Below are positions 41,792-50,908 of a stretch of DNA of 64,000 nt, piece by piece (within the stretch, counting starts at the first letter, position 1; each line of letters opens with the position of its first letter). The notes beneath the pieces are model-generated. The model did no database searches. It was not told the DNA's origin and saw only the letters and a program-made list of their open reading frames with translations. The translations under genes and the position numbers were made by a program. The DNA is taken from contig NZ_CAJYGQ010000013.1 of the NCBI RefSeq assembly GCF_913773635.1, forward strand, positions 233,973 to 297,972, written 5' to 3'. Source of the stretch: an uncultured Mucilaginibacter sp. Lineage in GTDB: Bacteria; Bacteroidota; Bacteroidia; Sphingobacteriales; Sphingobacteriaceae.

Positions 41792-44074
41792 TTATTTCAG
41801 ATTGAAAGGCAGATAAAAGCCGAATGTGATATTACGGCCGGGATTAAATACACCCAGCGTTGTATCTTCCTGACTTAAGCGGCCAGGCTTAAGCCGGCTA
41901 AGCGCATCATAGTAACGTTTGTTAGTTAAGTTATAACCCGAAATATATATTTTAAGAGGCTGTGATCCTAACTTAATAGTAGTGCCTATACCTGCATTAA
42001 GTAAGGTGTATGAATCAGTAGTGGTTTCAAAATCGGCATCAACTCTACCCTGGCGAAAATAATTATCAATACCCGCATAAAAATAAAACTCATGCAAACC
42101 TTTAATCTTGGGTTCAAAACGCAAGGTATTGTGTAACGTTCCGGCCGGTATAAATGGAAGCGGCTTGCTGAACGTACGATTTTGCGCATGGGTATAATTA
42201 AATGTGTTTTCGAAATGAATAAATGAAACCGGGTGTAAGGTAACGGCAGCTTCGGCACCATATAGGTTTGCATTAACCTGCCCGTAACGATACACAGGGT
42301 ACGTACCTAAATCTTCATCAGGCACTTCAATGGTTTCGTTATTGTTTGAAAGGTAAATATAGTTGTGCACATAGTTTTCGTAAACGCCAAGGCTACCTGT
42401 AAGTATACCGGTACCAAATTCCAATGTTGCATCGGCCTGGTAACTGCGCTCAGGGCGTAAATTTCCGTTTCCAATCTCGTATCTGAATGTACCTTCATGC
42501 ACTCCGTTTGCACCTAATTCTGCAGGGTTTGGCGCACGGAAGGCCGTACCGGCATTAGCTTTAAAGTTTACATACTCGTTAAAGATGTGTGTGTAGCCTA
42601 AAGCCCCGCTTATGCTGTTAAAAGTGTTGTTAAAGCCGGCAAAACGTTCCTCATCATCCTCAAATAACTGTTTACCTTTATTGCGTATGTAATCGTAACG
42701 CAAACCTGCACTCACCGTATTATCGCCGAATGTTTTTTTAACAAAACCAAATACACCTGCAGCATATGCATTGTATTCAGGTATTAATTTTTCTTCGGCT
42801 TTATTTAAGCTTTTACCTATACTTCCGCTTAAACCTATAACCGGCTCCCAGCCATTTTTGGCAGGCAGCGCATATTTAACATCCAACGAGTAGGTGTTAA
42901 GGTCAAAATACAAGGCAGGATCGGCACTGTCCTCAAGCTCGCGTCGTTGGTTTTTTTGATAGCCTAAATCAACCTTTAATGATCCCTCCCCTATAACAAA
43001 ATTGTTATTCAGGGCCACCTTGTAGTGCCGTATATCTTGCCGCGGGAAGTCCAGCTTGCGCGAACGCTCGGTAGTGTAAAGCTCATCGGCTGTTTCAGGA
43101 TCGTAAAAGCCTATATTATTTTTATAGTATGAGAAATTTAAATGCGAGTAACCCCAGCTTTTGTTTAAACCAAGCATACCACTTAGGTTTGTATTATTAA
43201 AACCGCTATTTGGAAAGTAGCCATCAGGTGTTTTAAATGAGTAAGCGTTTTGGTACGAGCCACGACCTCTCCACACAAACCCGTTTTCGTTACCTGTTAA
43301 CATTAATGACGAGCCGGTTAACCCATTATTGGTAGAATAATTTGAAAGCAATTCGCCTTTAATCTTACCCGGTGCAGGCGCTAAAGGCTCAACCAAATTT
43401 ATAACGCCGCCAATGGCATCTGATCCATATTGGAGTGAAGCAGCTCCGCGCAATACTTCAACTTTATCGGCCTGGTACTGATCAAGCTCTATTCCATGTT
43501 CATCACCCCATTGCTGTCCCTGTTGCTTTATACCATCGCTAAGGGTAACTACACGGTTATAGCCTAAACCCCGTATAACCGGCTTTGATATACCTGGTCC
43601 GGTAGTAATCTGGCTTACGCCGGGTACCTGCTTGGCCAACGCATCAATAAGGTTGGTGTAGGAGCCTTGCAATTCTTCCTTATTAAGCACCGTTGCTGAT
43701 GTGCTGTTGCTTTTGCTGGTTGATGTAAGCACCGTACCGGTTACCACCACTTCGCGTGCTTCAATTATACTTGGAGTTAAAGAAAATGACAAAGCCGTTG
43801 GCGATGACAAATCAACCGTTTTAACCTGGGTTTGGTAGCCTAAATAACTAATCTGTACCACAAAGCGGCCACGTGCCGGCAATTGCGCAAAACTGAATTC
43901 ACCGGCGGCATTTGTACTGGTACTTATTCTCAATTGCGGAATAGTAATTACAGCACCAATAATAGGTTCGTTGGTTTTGGCATCGGTAACTTTTCCGTTA
44001 AAAGCAGCAATGGCCGCTTGTAGATAAACGGGTAATATAAGCAGCATTAAGCTGCATAGAAACTTGAATTTCAT
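41792..44074 (-). CDS. TonB-dependent outer-membrane transporter, probable metal uptake
   Basis: Signal peptide, CarboxypepD_reg-like N-domain, EVVVTG TonB box, plug SKPVIRGLG and QQWGDEHG, barrel with NGVHEG, terminal PGRNITFGFYLPF. Confidence 0.93.
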   Translation of the reverse strand: MKFKFLCSLMLLILPVYLQAAIAAFNGKVTDAKTNEPIIGAVITIPQLRISTSTNAAGEFSFAQLPARGRFVVQISYLGYQTQVKTVDLSSPTALSFSLTPSIIEAREVVVTGTVLTSTSKSNSTSATVLNKEELQGSYTNLIDALAKQVPGVSQITTGPGISKPVIRGLGYNRVVTLSDGIKQQGQQWGDEHGIELDQYQADKVEVLRGAASLQYGSDAIGGVINLVEPLAPAPGKIKGELLSNYSTNNGLTGSSLMLTGNENGFVWRGRGSYQNAYSFKTPDGYFPNSGFNNTNLSGMLGLNKSWGYSHLNFSYYKNNIGFYDPETADELYTTERSRKLDFPRQDIRHYKVALNNNFVIGEGSLKVDLGYQKNQRRELEDSADPALYFDLNTYSLDVKYALPAKNGWEPVIGLSGSIGKSLNKAEEKLIPEYNAYAAGVFGFVKKTFGDNTVSAGLRYDYIRNKGKQLFEDDEERFAGFNNTFNSISGALGYTHIFNEYVNFKANAGTAFRAPNPAELGANGVHEGTFRYEIGNGNLRPERSYQADATLEFGTGILTGSLGVYENYVHNYIYLSNNNETIEVPDEDLGTYPVYRYGQVNANLYGAEAAVTLHPVSFIHFENTFNYTHAQNRTFSKPLPFIPAGTLHNTLRFEPKIKGLHEFYFYAGIDNYFRQGRVDADFETTTDSYTLLNAGIGTTIKLGSQPLKIYISGYNLTNKRYYDALSRLKPGRLSQEDTTLGVFNPGRNITFGFYLPFNLK

Positions 44075-44158
44075 GATTTAATGAAAGGGCTAAAGTGTAA
44101 TTTTAAAAAAAAGAAAATACAGCGACCCGATAAACGATCACTAGTCGATTTAGAAAAA

Positions 44159-44476
44159 TCACACTACCGGAGGCCCGCGGTTACCGGCAAGCAGTATTTC
44201 AATGCTGTTGTAAACGGGCACATATTCGCCTGTTTCACAAAAGCTTGTTAAAGCAAAAAAGTAGAACTGATGATGCTGCAAAAACAATTGCAGATTGCCG
44301 TGTTGCACACAAATTGGACAACTGTCTTCAGATATTTTCGACTTGTCTTTTTGCGCGTAATGCTTATGCAGTTGCGGGGTTACTTTGTGCGTATGCGCAA
44401 AAACAATTACCTGCCCTGTTATAAAAAAAAACAGCAGTAATATTGATGTCGATATTTTTGCGGCGCGTTTGGTCAA
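44159..44476 (-). CDS. DUF2946-like leader protein (signal peptide, His-rich, CPIC, C-terminal RGPP)
   Basis: TTG start; hydrophobic signal, then AHTHK...HKH, CPICVQH, and a GNRGPPVV terminus 84 nt upstream of the transporter. Confidence 0.75.
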   Translation of the reverse strand: MTKRAAKISTSILLLFFFITGQVIVFAHTHKVTPQLHKHYAQKDKSKISEDSCPICVQHGNLQLFLQHHQFYFFALTSFCETGEYVPVYNSIEILLAGNRGPPVV

Positions 44477-44489
44477 AGCAATTACAGTA

Positions 44490-44497
44490 CAAATATA
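44490..44497 (-). promoter_or_regulatory. -7 promoter box for leader ORF / TBDT transcript
   Basis: TATATTTG on the minus strand, 13 nt upstream of the TTG start; no such box seen in the 84-nt spacer before the TBDT. Confidence 0.6.
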
Positions 44498-44602
44498 AAC
44501 TGTAAGTGTGTGCGCTTTGCATATTATTTATTAATCCAACACTTTTATTACAAAGTATTTAAAAATGAGTGCCACTTCTCTTAAAAGTAAAAAGTTTACC
44601 TG

Positions 44603-44610
44603 TAATTTTG
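44603..44610 (+). promoter_or_regulatory. -7 promoter box for CDF transporter
   Basis: TAATTTTG matches TAnnTTTG, about 43 nt upstream of the ATG. Confidence 0.5.
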
Positions 44611-44653
44611 CTTTAAACTAAAACCTAATACACTTGCAACGTGTAATTAGCGT

Positions 44654-45547
44654 ATGCCCGCATCTAAAACTCCAATTTATACAGCGCTTGCTGCCAACCT
44701 GCTCATAGCCGCAACAAAGTTAACAGCTGCAATATTTACGGGCAGTTCAGCAATGGTGTCGGAAGGTATTCATTCCTTAGTTGATACCAGCAACGAAGTA
44801 CTACTGCTGCTAGGCATACGTAAAAGCCAAAAGCCTGCCGATGCTGTGAGGCAGTTTGGCTACGGTAAGGAACTCTACTTTTGGTCGTTTGTGGTGTCAC
44901 TTTTGTTTTTTGCCCTTGGCGGGGGCTTTTCCATATACGAGGGCATTGAGCATTTGATGCACCCGCAGCATGTTAAAAACCCTATTTGGAATTACATTGT
45001 GCTTGGTATAGCGTTTATATTCGATGGTATATCGTTTATAACTGCTTTAAAGGAGTTTAAACGTCAGCGCGGAGATACGCCTTTTTGGAAGGCAGTACAC
45101 GTAAGTAAAGATCCATCAACCTTTGTGGTACTTTTTGAAGATGCCGCCGATGTTTTAGGTATCCTGATAGCGTTTACAGGGATATTGCTTGGTCAAATTT
45201 TAAACAACCCATATATTGATGGCATTGCCTCGGTTATGATTGGCCTGCTTCTTACGGCTGTAGCCATTTTGCTGGTACGCGAAAGCCGCAGCCTGCTCAT
45301 GGGTGAAAGCGCATCGGCAGAGGATCTGCATGCAATTACCTGCATCATTGAAAACAACAATAACGTACAGCAGGTGCTATCTCATCAATCAATGTACCTT
45401 GCTCCCGAAGAAGTGATTTTGGTGCTAAAAGTAAGGTTCGCCGAACGCTCAATTGTTGAGGATTTGAGTAAGACCATAGAAGCACTAAAGAAAAGTATAC
45501 AAAATAAGTATCCTCACTTTAAGCAGATTTACATTGAAATAGGGTAA
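44654..45547 (+). CDS. Cation diffusion facilitator (CDF) family transporter
   Basis: SEGIHSLVD (TM2 HxxxD), QFGYGKE, LFEDAADVLG (TM5), C-terminal cytoplasmic domain. Confidence 0.92.
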   Translation: MPASKTPIYTALAANLLIAATKLTAAIFTGSSAMVSEGIHSLVDTSNEVLLLLGIRKSQKPADAVRQFGYGKELYFWSFVVSLLFFALGGGFSIYEGIEHLMHPQHVKNPIWNYIVLGIAFIFDGISFITALKEFKRQRGDTPFWKAVHVSKDPSTFVVLFEDAADVLGILIAFTGILLGQILNNPYIDGIASVMIGLLLTAVAILLVRESRSLLMGESASAEDLHAITCIIENNNNVQQVLSHQSMYLAPEEVILVLKVRFAERSIVEDLSKTIEALKKSIQNKYPHFKQIYIEIG

Positions 45548-45557
45548 TTTATTTGGG

Positions 45558-46391
45558 CTATAATATGCCTGCCTTTTCCAACTCTGTTGCCATTTGCGTT
45601 TGCAGCTTTAAGGCTTCGGCACGGGCAGCTTCGGCAAAATCTTTTCCGTTTGATGCATAAATAATTGACCTGGAAGAATTCACCAGCAAACCGCATTCAC
45701 TTGTCATACCATACCGGCATACATCTTCAAGGCTTCCACCTTGGGCACCCACACCCGGAACAAGCAAAAAGTTGTTTGGCGCATGCTTACGTATGTTTTC
45801 AAACTCCTGCCCTTTGGTAGCGCCAACAACAAACATTATTCGGTCGGCTCCTGCCAGGGTATTTACCTTGTTAATTACGGCTTCATGTAACAAACCTTCG
45901 TTAGTTTGCAGGTATTGAAAATCGTGGCTTCCAACTGATGATGTAAGCGCCAGCACAATAATCCACTTACCTTCGTAAGCAAGGTACGGTGTGATACTGT
46001 CATGCCCCATGTAAGGTGTTATGGTTATGGCGTCAAAACCCATTCCGCTGGCTTTTTCATCAAAAAAAGCACGGGCATAACGGTCGCTGGTGTTACCAAT
46101 GTCGCCGCGTTTGGCATCAATAATACTCAGGCAGTTTTTAGGCAAATACTCGTAAGTTTTAATGAGGCTTTGCAAGCCCTTTACGCCATAAGTTTCGTAA
46201 AAGGCAGCATTTGGTTTGTAGGCCACACATAAATCGGCGGTGGCATCAATAATACGCTTGTTAAATTCAAATATTGGGTCTTCAAAATCATGCAAAAAAT
46301 CGGGTATCTTATCTAAATCGGTATCTAAGCCAACGCATAAAAACGATTTCTTTTGTTTAATCTGATCGATGAGTTCCTGACGTGCAAGCAT
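45558..46391 (-). CDS. pyrF: Orotidine-5'-phosphate decarboxylase
   Basis: [43 protein letters not shown]. Confidence 0.96.
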   Translation of the reverse strand: MLARQELIDQIKQKKSFLCVGLDTDLDKIPDFLHDFEDPIFEFNKRIIDATADLCVAYKPNAAFYETYGVKGLQSLIKTYEYLPKNCLSIIDAKRGDIGNTSDRYARAFFDEKASGMGFDAITITPYMGHDSITPYLAYEGKWIIVLALTSSVGSHDFQYLQTNEGLLHEAVINKVNTLAGADRIMFVVGATKGQEFENIRKHAPNNFLLVPGVGAQGGSLEDVCRYGMTSECGLLVNSSRSIIYASNGKDFAEAARAEALKLQTQMATELEKAGIL

Positions 46392-46677
46392 ATTTAAGAA
46401 AAGTAAAATATTTTACCGGGCAAAAAAACTAAAAATAGCCCGAAGTGTTAGCCTTGTGTAACTATTTTTTAAATTAATTGTATAAAATAAAATTAATGGT
46501 TACTATTGCAGCGTTTCCGAATAAATTTTTCTTGCACTAAAGAAAAGTTGTTAAAATCCCACGTTGCTTTTAAAACATTAACTTTTTAATCAAGGTGCGT
46601 TACAGCAGCAAGACTAATTTTCTTTATACAACAAACAATCAAAATATTATCCCTTTTTGAATTTTTAATTCACCTCC

Positions 46678-48459
46678 ATGCCCGATAAACTTGAACTGAA
46701 TGACAAGCTAGTGTCTGAATTGCGCCAAATGGCCAAGGACCTGGGTATTGCCGAAGCAGACGAACTGCGCAAGGCTCAGCTTGTTACACGCATAACCGAA
46801 CAACAACAGCTTATAGAAACCGCAAGGGAACAACAAGCTACTCTTGATACTAATTATAGTAACGGTACTGATACTGCTCAAAGTGCCGCCGCTCCGGCTG
46901 CTGAAGCAGAAAATGACGATAAACCACGCAAACGTACGCGTAGCGTAAAGGCTAAAACTCCTGCCGCAGAAGCAGAGGTTACTGCAGCTGCTGATTTATT
47001 TGCCGCACCCGAGCCTATTGTACAGGCTGAAACTGCAATTGCAGGTACACCAAATGATGTACAGGCAATTGAAACCGTTACCGAAAACACGCACACACCG
47101 TTTGCGGCACCACTTGCCGAACAAGCAACACGCACGCGTACGCAAAAATTTGAGCGTGAGCGCCGTCCGCAGGGAAACCCGCGCGAAGGACAAAACCAGC
47201 AACGCGAGAATCAGCAGCCTCGTGAAAATAATCATCAGCAGCGCGAGAATAACCAACAACGTGAAAACGGTCAGCAACGCGAAAACAACCGCGAGCATAA
47301 CCGCGACAATAATCAAAATAAAAAGGAAGAGATAAACCTTGATTTTGATAACGTTATTGTAAACGAAGGCGTTTTAGAAATTATGCCTGATGGTTACGGT
47401 TTCCTGCGCTCGTCTGACTATAACTATCTTACCTCTCCTGATGATATTTATGTATCACAATCGCAAATCAAATTGTTCGGATTGAAAACCGGCGATACCG
47501 TGAGAGGTAGTATTCGTCCACCAAAAGAAGGTGAGAAATACTTCCCGCTGGTGCGTGTAGAAGCCATCAATGGCCGTATACCTGCCGAGGTTCGTGATCG
47601 TGTTCCATTTGATCACTTAACGCCTCTGTTCCCGTCGGAGCGCTTGAACTTGTTTACTGATGGCAGCAATTATTCAACCCGTATTATGGACCTGTTTTCA
47701 CCAATTGGTAAAGGTCAGCGTGGTTTAATTGTGGCGCAGCCTAAAACAGGTAAAACCATGCTTTTAAAGGATGTGGCTAATGCAATTGCAAAAAACCATC
47801 CGGAGGTATACCTTATTATATTACTGATTGACGAACGCCCTGAGGAGGTAACCGATATGGCCCGCAGCGTACGCGCCGAGGTGGTTTCATCAACGTTTGA
47901 TGAGCCGGCCGAGCGCCACGTTAAAATTGCCAACATTGTGCTTGAAAAAGCGAAACGTATGGTAGAGTGTGGTCATGACGTTGTTATATTGCTCGACTCT
48001 ATTACCCGTTTAGCGCGTGCTTACAATACCGTAGCACCTGCATCAGGTAAAATACTATCGGGTGGTGTTGATGCCAACGCATTACACAAGCCAAAGCGCT
48101 TTTTTGGTGCAGCCCGTAACATTGAGGATGGCGGTTCATTAACCATTATTGCTACAGCACTTACTGAAACCGGCTCTAAAATGGATGAGGTTATCTTTGA
48201 AGAATTTAAAGGTACCGGTAATATGGAGCTGCAACTGGATCGTAAGTTATCTAACAAACGTATCTTCCCTGCTATTGATATTACTGCATCAAGTACCCGC
48301 CGCGACGATTTGTTGTTAGACCGCGAAACCCTGCAACGCATATGGATTCTTCGCAATCACCTTGCCGATATGAATTCAATCGAATCGATGGAGTTTTTAC
48401 AGGCACAAATACGTGGCACCAAATCAAACGAAGAGTTTTTGGTATCAATGAACTCATAA
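46678..48459 (+). CDS. rho: Transcription termination factor Rho with long N-terminal insertion
   Basis: [67 protein letters not shown]. Confidence 0.99.
   Translation: MPDKLELNDKLVSELRQMAKDLGIAEADELRKAQLVTRITEQQQLIETAREQQATLDTNYSNGTDTAQSAAAPAAEAENDDKPRKRTRSVKAKTPAAEAEVTAAADLFAAPEPIVQAETAIAGTPNDVQAIETVTENTHTPFAAPLAEQATRTRTQKFERERRPQGNPREGQNQQRENQQPRENNHQQRENNQQRENGQQRENNREHNRDNNQNKKEEINLDFDNVIVNEGVLEIMPDGYGFLRSSDYNYLTSPDDIYVSQSQIKLFGLKTGDTVRGSIRPPKEGEKYFPLVRVEAINGRIPAEVRDRVPFDHLTPLFPSERLNLFTDGSNYSTRIMDLFSPIGKGQRGLIVAQPKTGKTMLLKDVANAIAKNHPEVYLIILLIDERPEEVTDMARSVRAEVVSSTFDEPAERHVKIANIVLEKAKRMVECGHDVVILLDSITRLARAYNTVAPASGKILSGGVDANALHKPKRFFGAARNIEDGGSLTIIATALTETGSKMDEVIFEEFKGTGNMELQLDRKLSNKRIFPAIDITASSTRRDDLLLDRETLQRIWILRNHLADMNSIESMEFLQAQIRGTKSNEEFLVSMNS
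47170..47325 (+). repeat. Imperfect tandem QQREN-like repeats in Rho insertion domain
   Basis: [43 protein letters not shown]. Confidence 0.85.
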
Positions 48460-48504
48460 GGTTCACAGGTTGATGGCAACATCAATCATAAACTGAAAAT
48501 ATAT

Positions 48505-48542
48505 AATGCCATTTCGAATTGCTGTTCGGAATGGCATTTTGA
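48505..48542 (+). terminator. Intrinsic terminator after rho
   Basis: aatgccatt(tcgaa) ... (ttcg)gaatggcatt followed by ttgattt. Confidence 0.65.
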
Positions 48543-48741
48543 TTTAAGAACACTTCATCATTTAGGATGATATTTGATAAAAGCCATGCAAACGGCGTTT
48601 ATGTTAAAAAGGTAGTAATAACAATATTGGTCAAGTGTTACTGATAATTATGGCTTATTTGATGGCACTGCAAACATCCACATTAAAATACCGTTAGGAT
48701 TTAAAGCCAATGCCACAATGTTTATACATGGTTAATATTAT

Positions 48742-49476
48742 TTGGCTATCTTCAACGCCGAAATGAGGAATCGCGTTCAGAAACATGTACCCAACGCCAT
48801 TACCTGTGCCAACCTGTTTAGCGGATGCGTGGGAATAGTTTTCGTTGCCTTTCAAGACAACCTTATATTTGCATCATACTGCATTTTCCTGGCAGCTATT
48901 TTTGATTTTTTTGACGGCCTGGCTTCCAGGGTACTCAAAGCATTTTCAGTTATAGGAAAAGATCTTGATTCGCTAGCCGATGTGGTAAGCTTTGGGGTAC
49001 TGCCCTCTTTTATTATGTACCGTTTATTTCTACAGGCGCCTCAAATATCGGGAGTAAGCACCTATTTAAATTACATAGCATTTCTTATACCTGTATTTTC
49101 GGCATTAAGGCTGGCAAAATTCAACAACGATGAGCGGCAGTCTGATAGTTTTATAGGCCTACCCACCCCTGCTAATGCTATACTCATTGGTTCGTTTCCG
49201 CTTGTACTTAAAGACAATGTTGACTTCTTGTCGGCATTTATACTTAACCCATTCTTTTTAGCCTTTTTTGTGCTTATAATGTGTACGTTGCTGGTAATTG
49301 AATTACCATTGATGTCACTCAAATTTAAGAACCGCGATTTTCAACGAAATATTTATCGGTATATCTTACTCCTATTGTCGGCAATTCTGATATTGTTTTT
49401 TAAATTTGCCGCAATTCCGGCGATTATAGTAATGTACATCGCCTTATCAATCATTCAAATAAGATTTGCCAGATAG
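48742..49476 (+). CDS. pssA: CDP-diacylglycerol--serine O-phosphatidyltransferase
   Basis: PNAITCANL, FDFFDGLASR...GKDLDSLADVVSFG, LRLAKFN, FIGLPTPA; start may be at 48763. Confidence 0.88.
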   Translation: MAIFNAEMRNRVQKHVPNAITCANLFSGCVGIVFVAFQDNLIFASYCIFLAAIFDFFDGLASRVLKAFSVIGKDLDSLADVVSFGVLPSFIMYRLFLQAPQISGVSTYLNYIAFLIPVFSALRLAKFNNDERQSDSFIGLPTPANAILIGSFPLVLKDNVDFLSAFILNPFFLAFFVLIMCTLLVIELPLMSLKFKNRDFQRNIYRYILLLLSAILILFFKFAAIPAIIVMYIALSIIQIRFAR

Positions 49477-49477
49477 T

Positions 49478-49729
49478 ATGAAATTCCAGGCCGAAATTGA
49501 CGTAATGCCAAAAAAAGAAATTCTTGACCCGCAAGGTAAAGCTGTTACCGGCAGCATGAAAAACCTTGGACTGGCCGAAATTCAAAACGTACGCATTGGC
49601 AAGCACGTATCATTAGAAATTGAAGCAGACACTCAGGAAGCTGCTGAAAACAAAGTAGAGCAAGCTTGCAAAAGCTTACTGGCTAACCTTATTATGGAAA
49701 GCTATAGCTTTACAGTTACCGCTGTATAG
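49478..49729 (+). CDS. purS: Phosphoribosylformylglycinamidine synthase subunit PurS
   Basis: MKFQAEIDVMPKKEILDPQGKAV...VRIGK...LLANLIMESY; ATG at 49478. Confidence 0.95.
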   Translation: MKFQAEIDVMPKKEILDPQGKAVTGSMKNLGLAEIQNVRIGKHVSLEIEADTQEAAENKVEQACKSLLANLIMESYSFTVTAV

Positions 49730-49950
49730 TTTCATAACCTTTATAAAACATCGAAATTACTGTCATTTTGATTAGTAGTTGAATTAATCAATGGTATCCA
49801 CCATGTAAGAAACACACCTACCAATCAAAATGACTTTTCTATTTGCAGTCGCCACAACGCCTAAGCTTGCGTGTGTATTTTGATCATACGCAAAAAAAAT
49901 ACGCATTACCTGCGTCTCACTTTCAATTACGAACTGAATTCAAAACAGCC

Positions 49951-50316
49951 TTAAGCGCTTTTTTCAGCTCTTATTTTTTCCAGCTCTGCAAGGTTAGCTT
50001 CAATAAGCACTTTAGCGTTTTCAAATTTTTCTTTTAAAACCTGAGGCTCCGGAGCGCCATTTTTAGCTATGTGCTCAATATCCTGCATCATACCCTGCGT
50101 AGTATGCATACCAAAAAATCCAAGATTGGGTTTAAGCTTGTGCGCTGCAGCGCCGGCTGCCGCCCAGTTTTCACTGCTTATAGCGCTACCAATTTCGGTA
50201 ACAAGCATTGGAGTTTGCTGTAAAAACATATCTATGGATTCTACAATAAACTCGTCGCTGCCGTCAGCTATCTCGTATAAAAAGGTTAGGTCAAGGTCTG
50301 CTTGGTTCTCAGCCAT
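49951..50316 (-). CDS. Hpt (histidine phosphotransfer) domain protein
   Basis: LDLTFLYEIADGS..FI...F...AAAHKLKP with conserved His. Confidence 0.88.
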   Translation of the reverse strand: MAENQADLDLTFLYEIADGSDEFIVESIDMFLQQTPMLVTEIGSAISSENWAAAGAAAHKLKPNLGFFGMHTTQGMMQDIEHIAKNGAPEPQVLKEKFENAKVLIEANLAELEKIRAEKSA

Positions 50317-50335
50317 ATAAATTTACAATTGTTAT

Positions 50336-50821
50336 TCAAAAATATATTTTTTTTACATCCGATTTATCCTGCAAATCACTTTTCAATTTATTAATTGTGG
50401 TTTGCAGCAAAGGATGTACAAAGTTTGGTGCAATTTCGGCAAGTGGTTCAAGAGTAAAGCGCCTGTTATGCAACTCCGGGTGCGGAACAACCAAATTAGG
50501 TTTATTAATGATCTCATCACCGTAAAACAAAATATCAATATCAATGGTACGGGCTCCCCACTTCTCCAACCGCTCGCGGCCAAGTAATAACTCAATTGCA
50601 AGAATGTTGTTTAACAAATCTTCAGCGCTTAACTGGGTTTGTATTAGCAACACCTGGTTCAAATAGTCGGGCAAATCAGTCTTTCCCCAGCTTTGGGTTT
50701 CGTAAATGCCCGATTTTGTTTGTATGCTTCCGGCTTGGGCACTAATGTAATCTGCCGCTTGCTGTAAAAACATTTGCCTGTTGCCAAGGTTACTTCCCAA
50801 CAGTAAATAAACGCTTACCAT
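50336..50821 (-). CDS. folK: 2-amino-4-hydroxy-6-hydroxymethyldihydropteridine diphosphokinase
   Basis: YLLLGSNLG, YLNQV, ERLEKWGARTIDIDIL, VPHPELHNRRF. Confidence 0.96.
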   Translation of the reverse strand: MVSVYLLLGSNLGNRQMFLQQAADYISAQAGSIQTKSGIYETQSWGKTDLPDYLNQVLLIQTQLSAEDLLNNILAIELLLGRERLEKWGARTIDIDILFYGDEIINKPNLVVPHPELHNRRFTLEPLAEIAPNFVHPLLQTTINKLKSDLQDKSDVKKIYF

Positions 50822-50829
50822 GTTGTAAC

Positions 50830-50882
50830 AAATATTATATTGTATGCTCTAAACATTATATTGTACTCAATTATTAAGTTTG
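50830..50882. promoter_or_regulatory. folK/sppA divergent promoter: 15-bp direct repeat pair plus -7 box
   Basis: aaatattatattgta (50830-50844) and aaacattatattgta (50851-50865); TAAGTTTG at 50875-50882. Confidence 0.5.
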
Positions 50883-50908
50883 CATAGTTAAATTATTTAA
50901 TATAGTTA

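Noticed and set aside
44075-44653. Cobalamin, TPP or other riboswitch upstream of the TonB-dependent transporter
   Set aside because: No recognisable aptamer consensus; the space is taken by the RGPP leader ORF and short AT-rich spacers.
48460-48741. 282-nt spacer after rho as a small ORF or sRNA
   Set aside because: Only very short ORFs and a terminator hairpin are present; no further structure I can support.
49478-49729. purS separated from purL/purQ
   Set aside because: Scattered pur genes are ordinary in Bacteroidota; not a novel arrangement.
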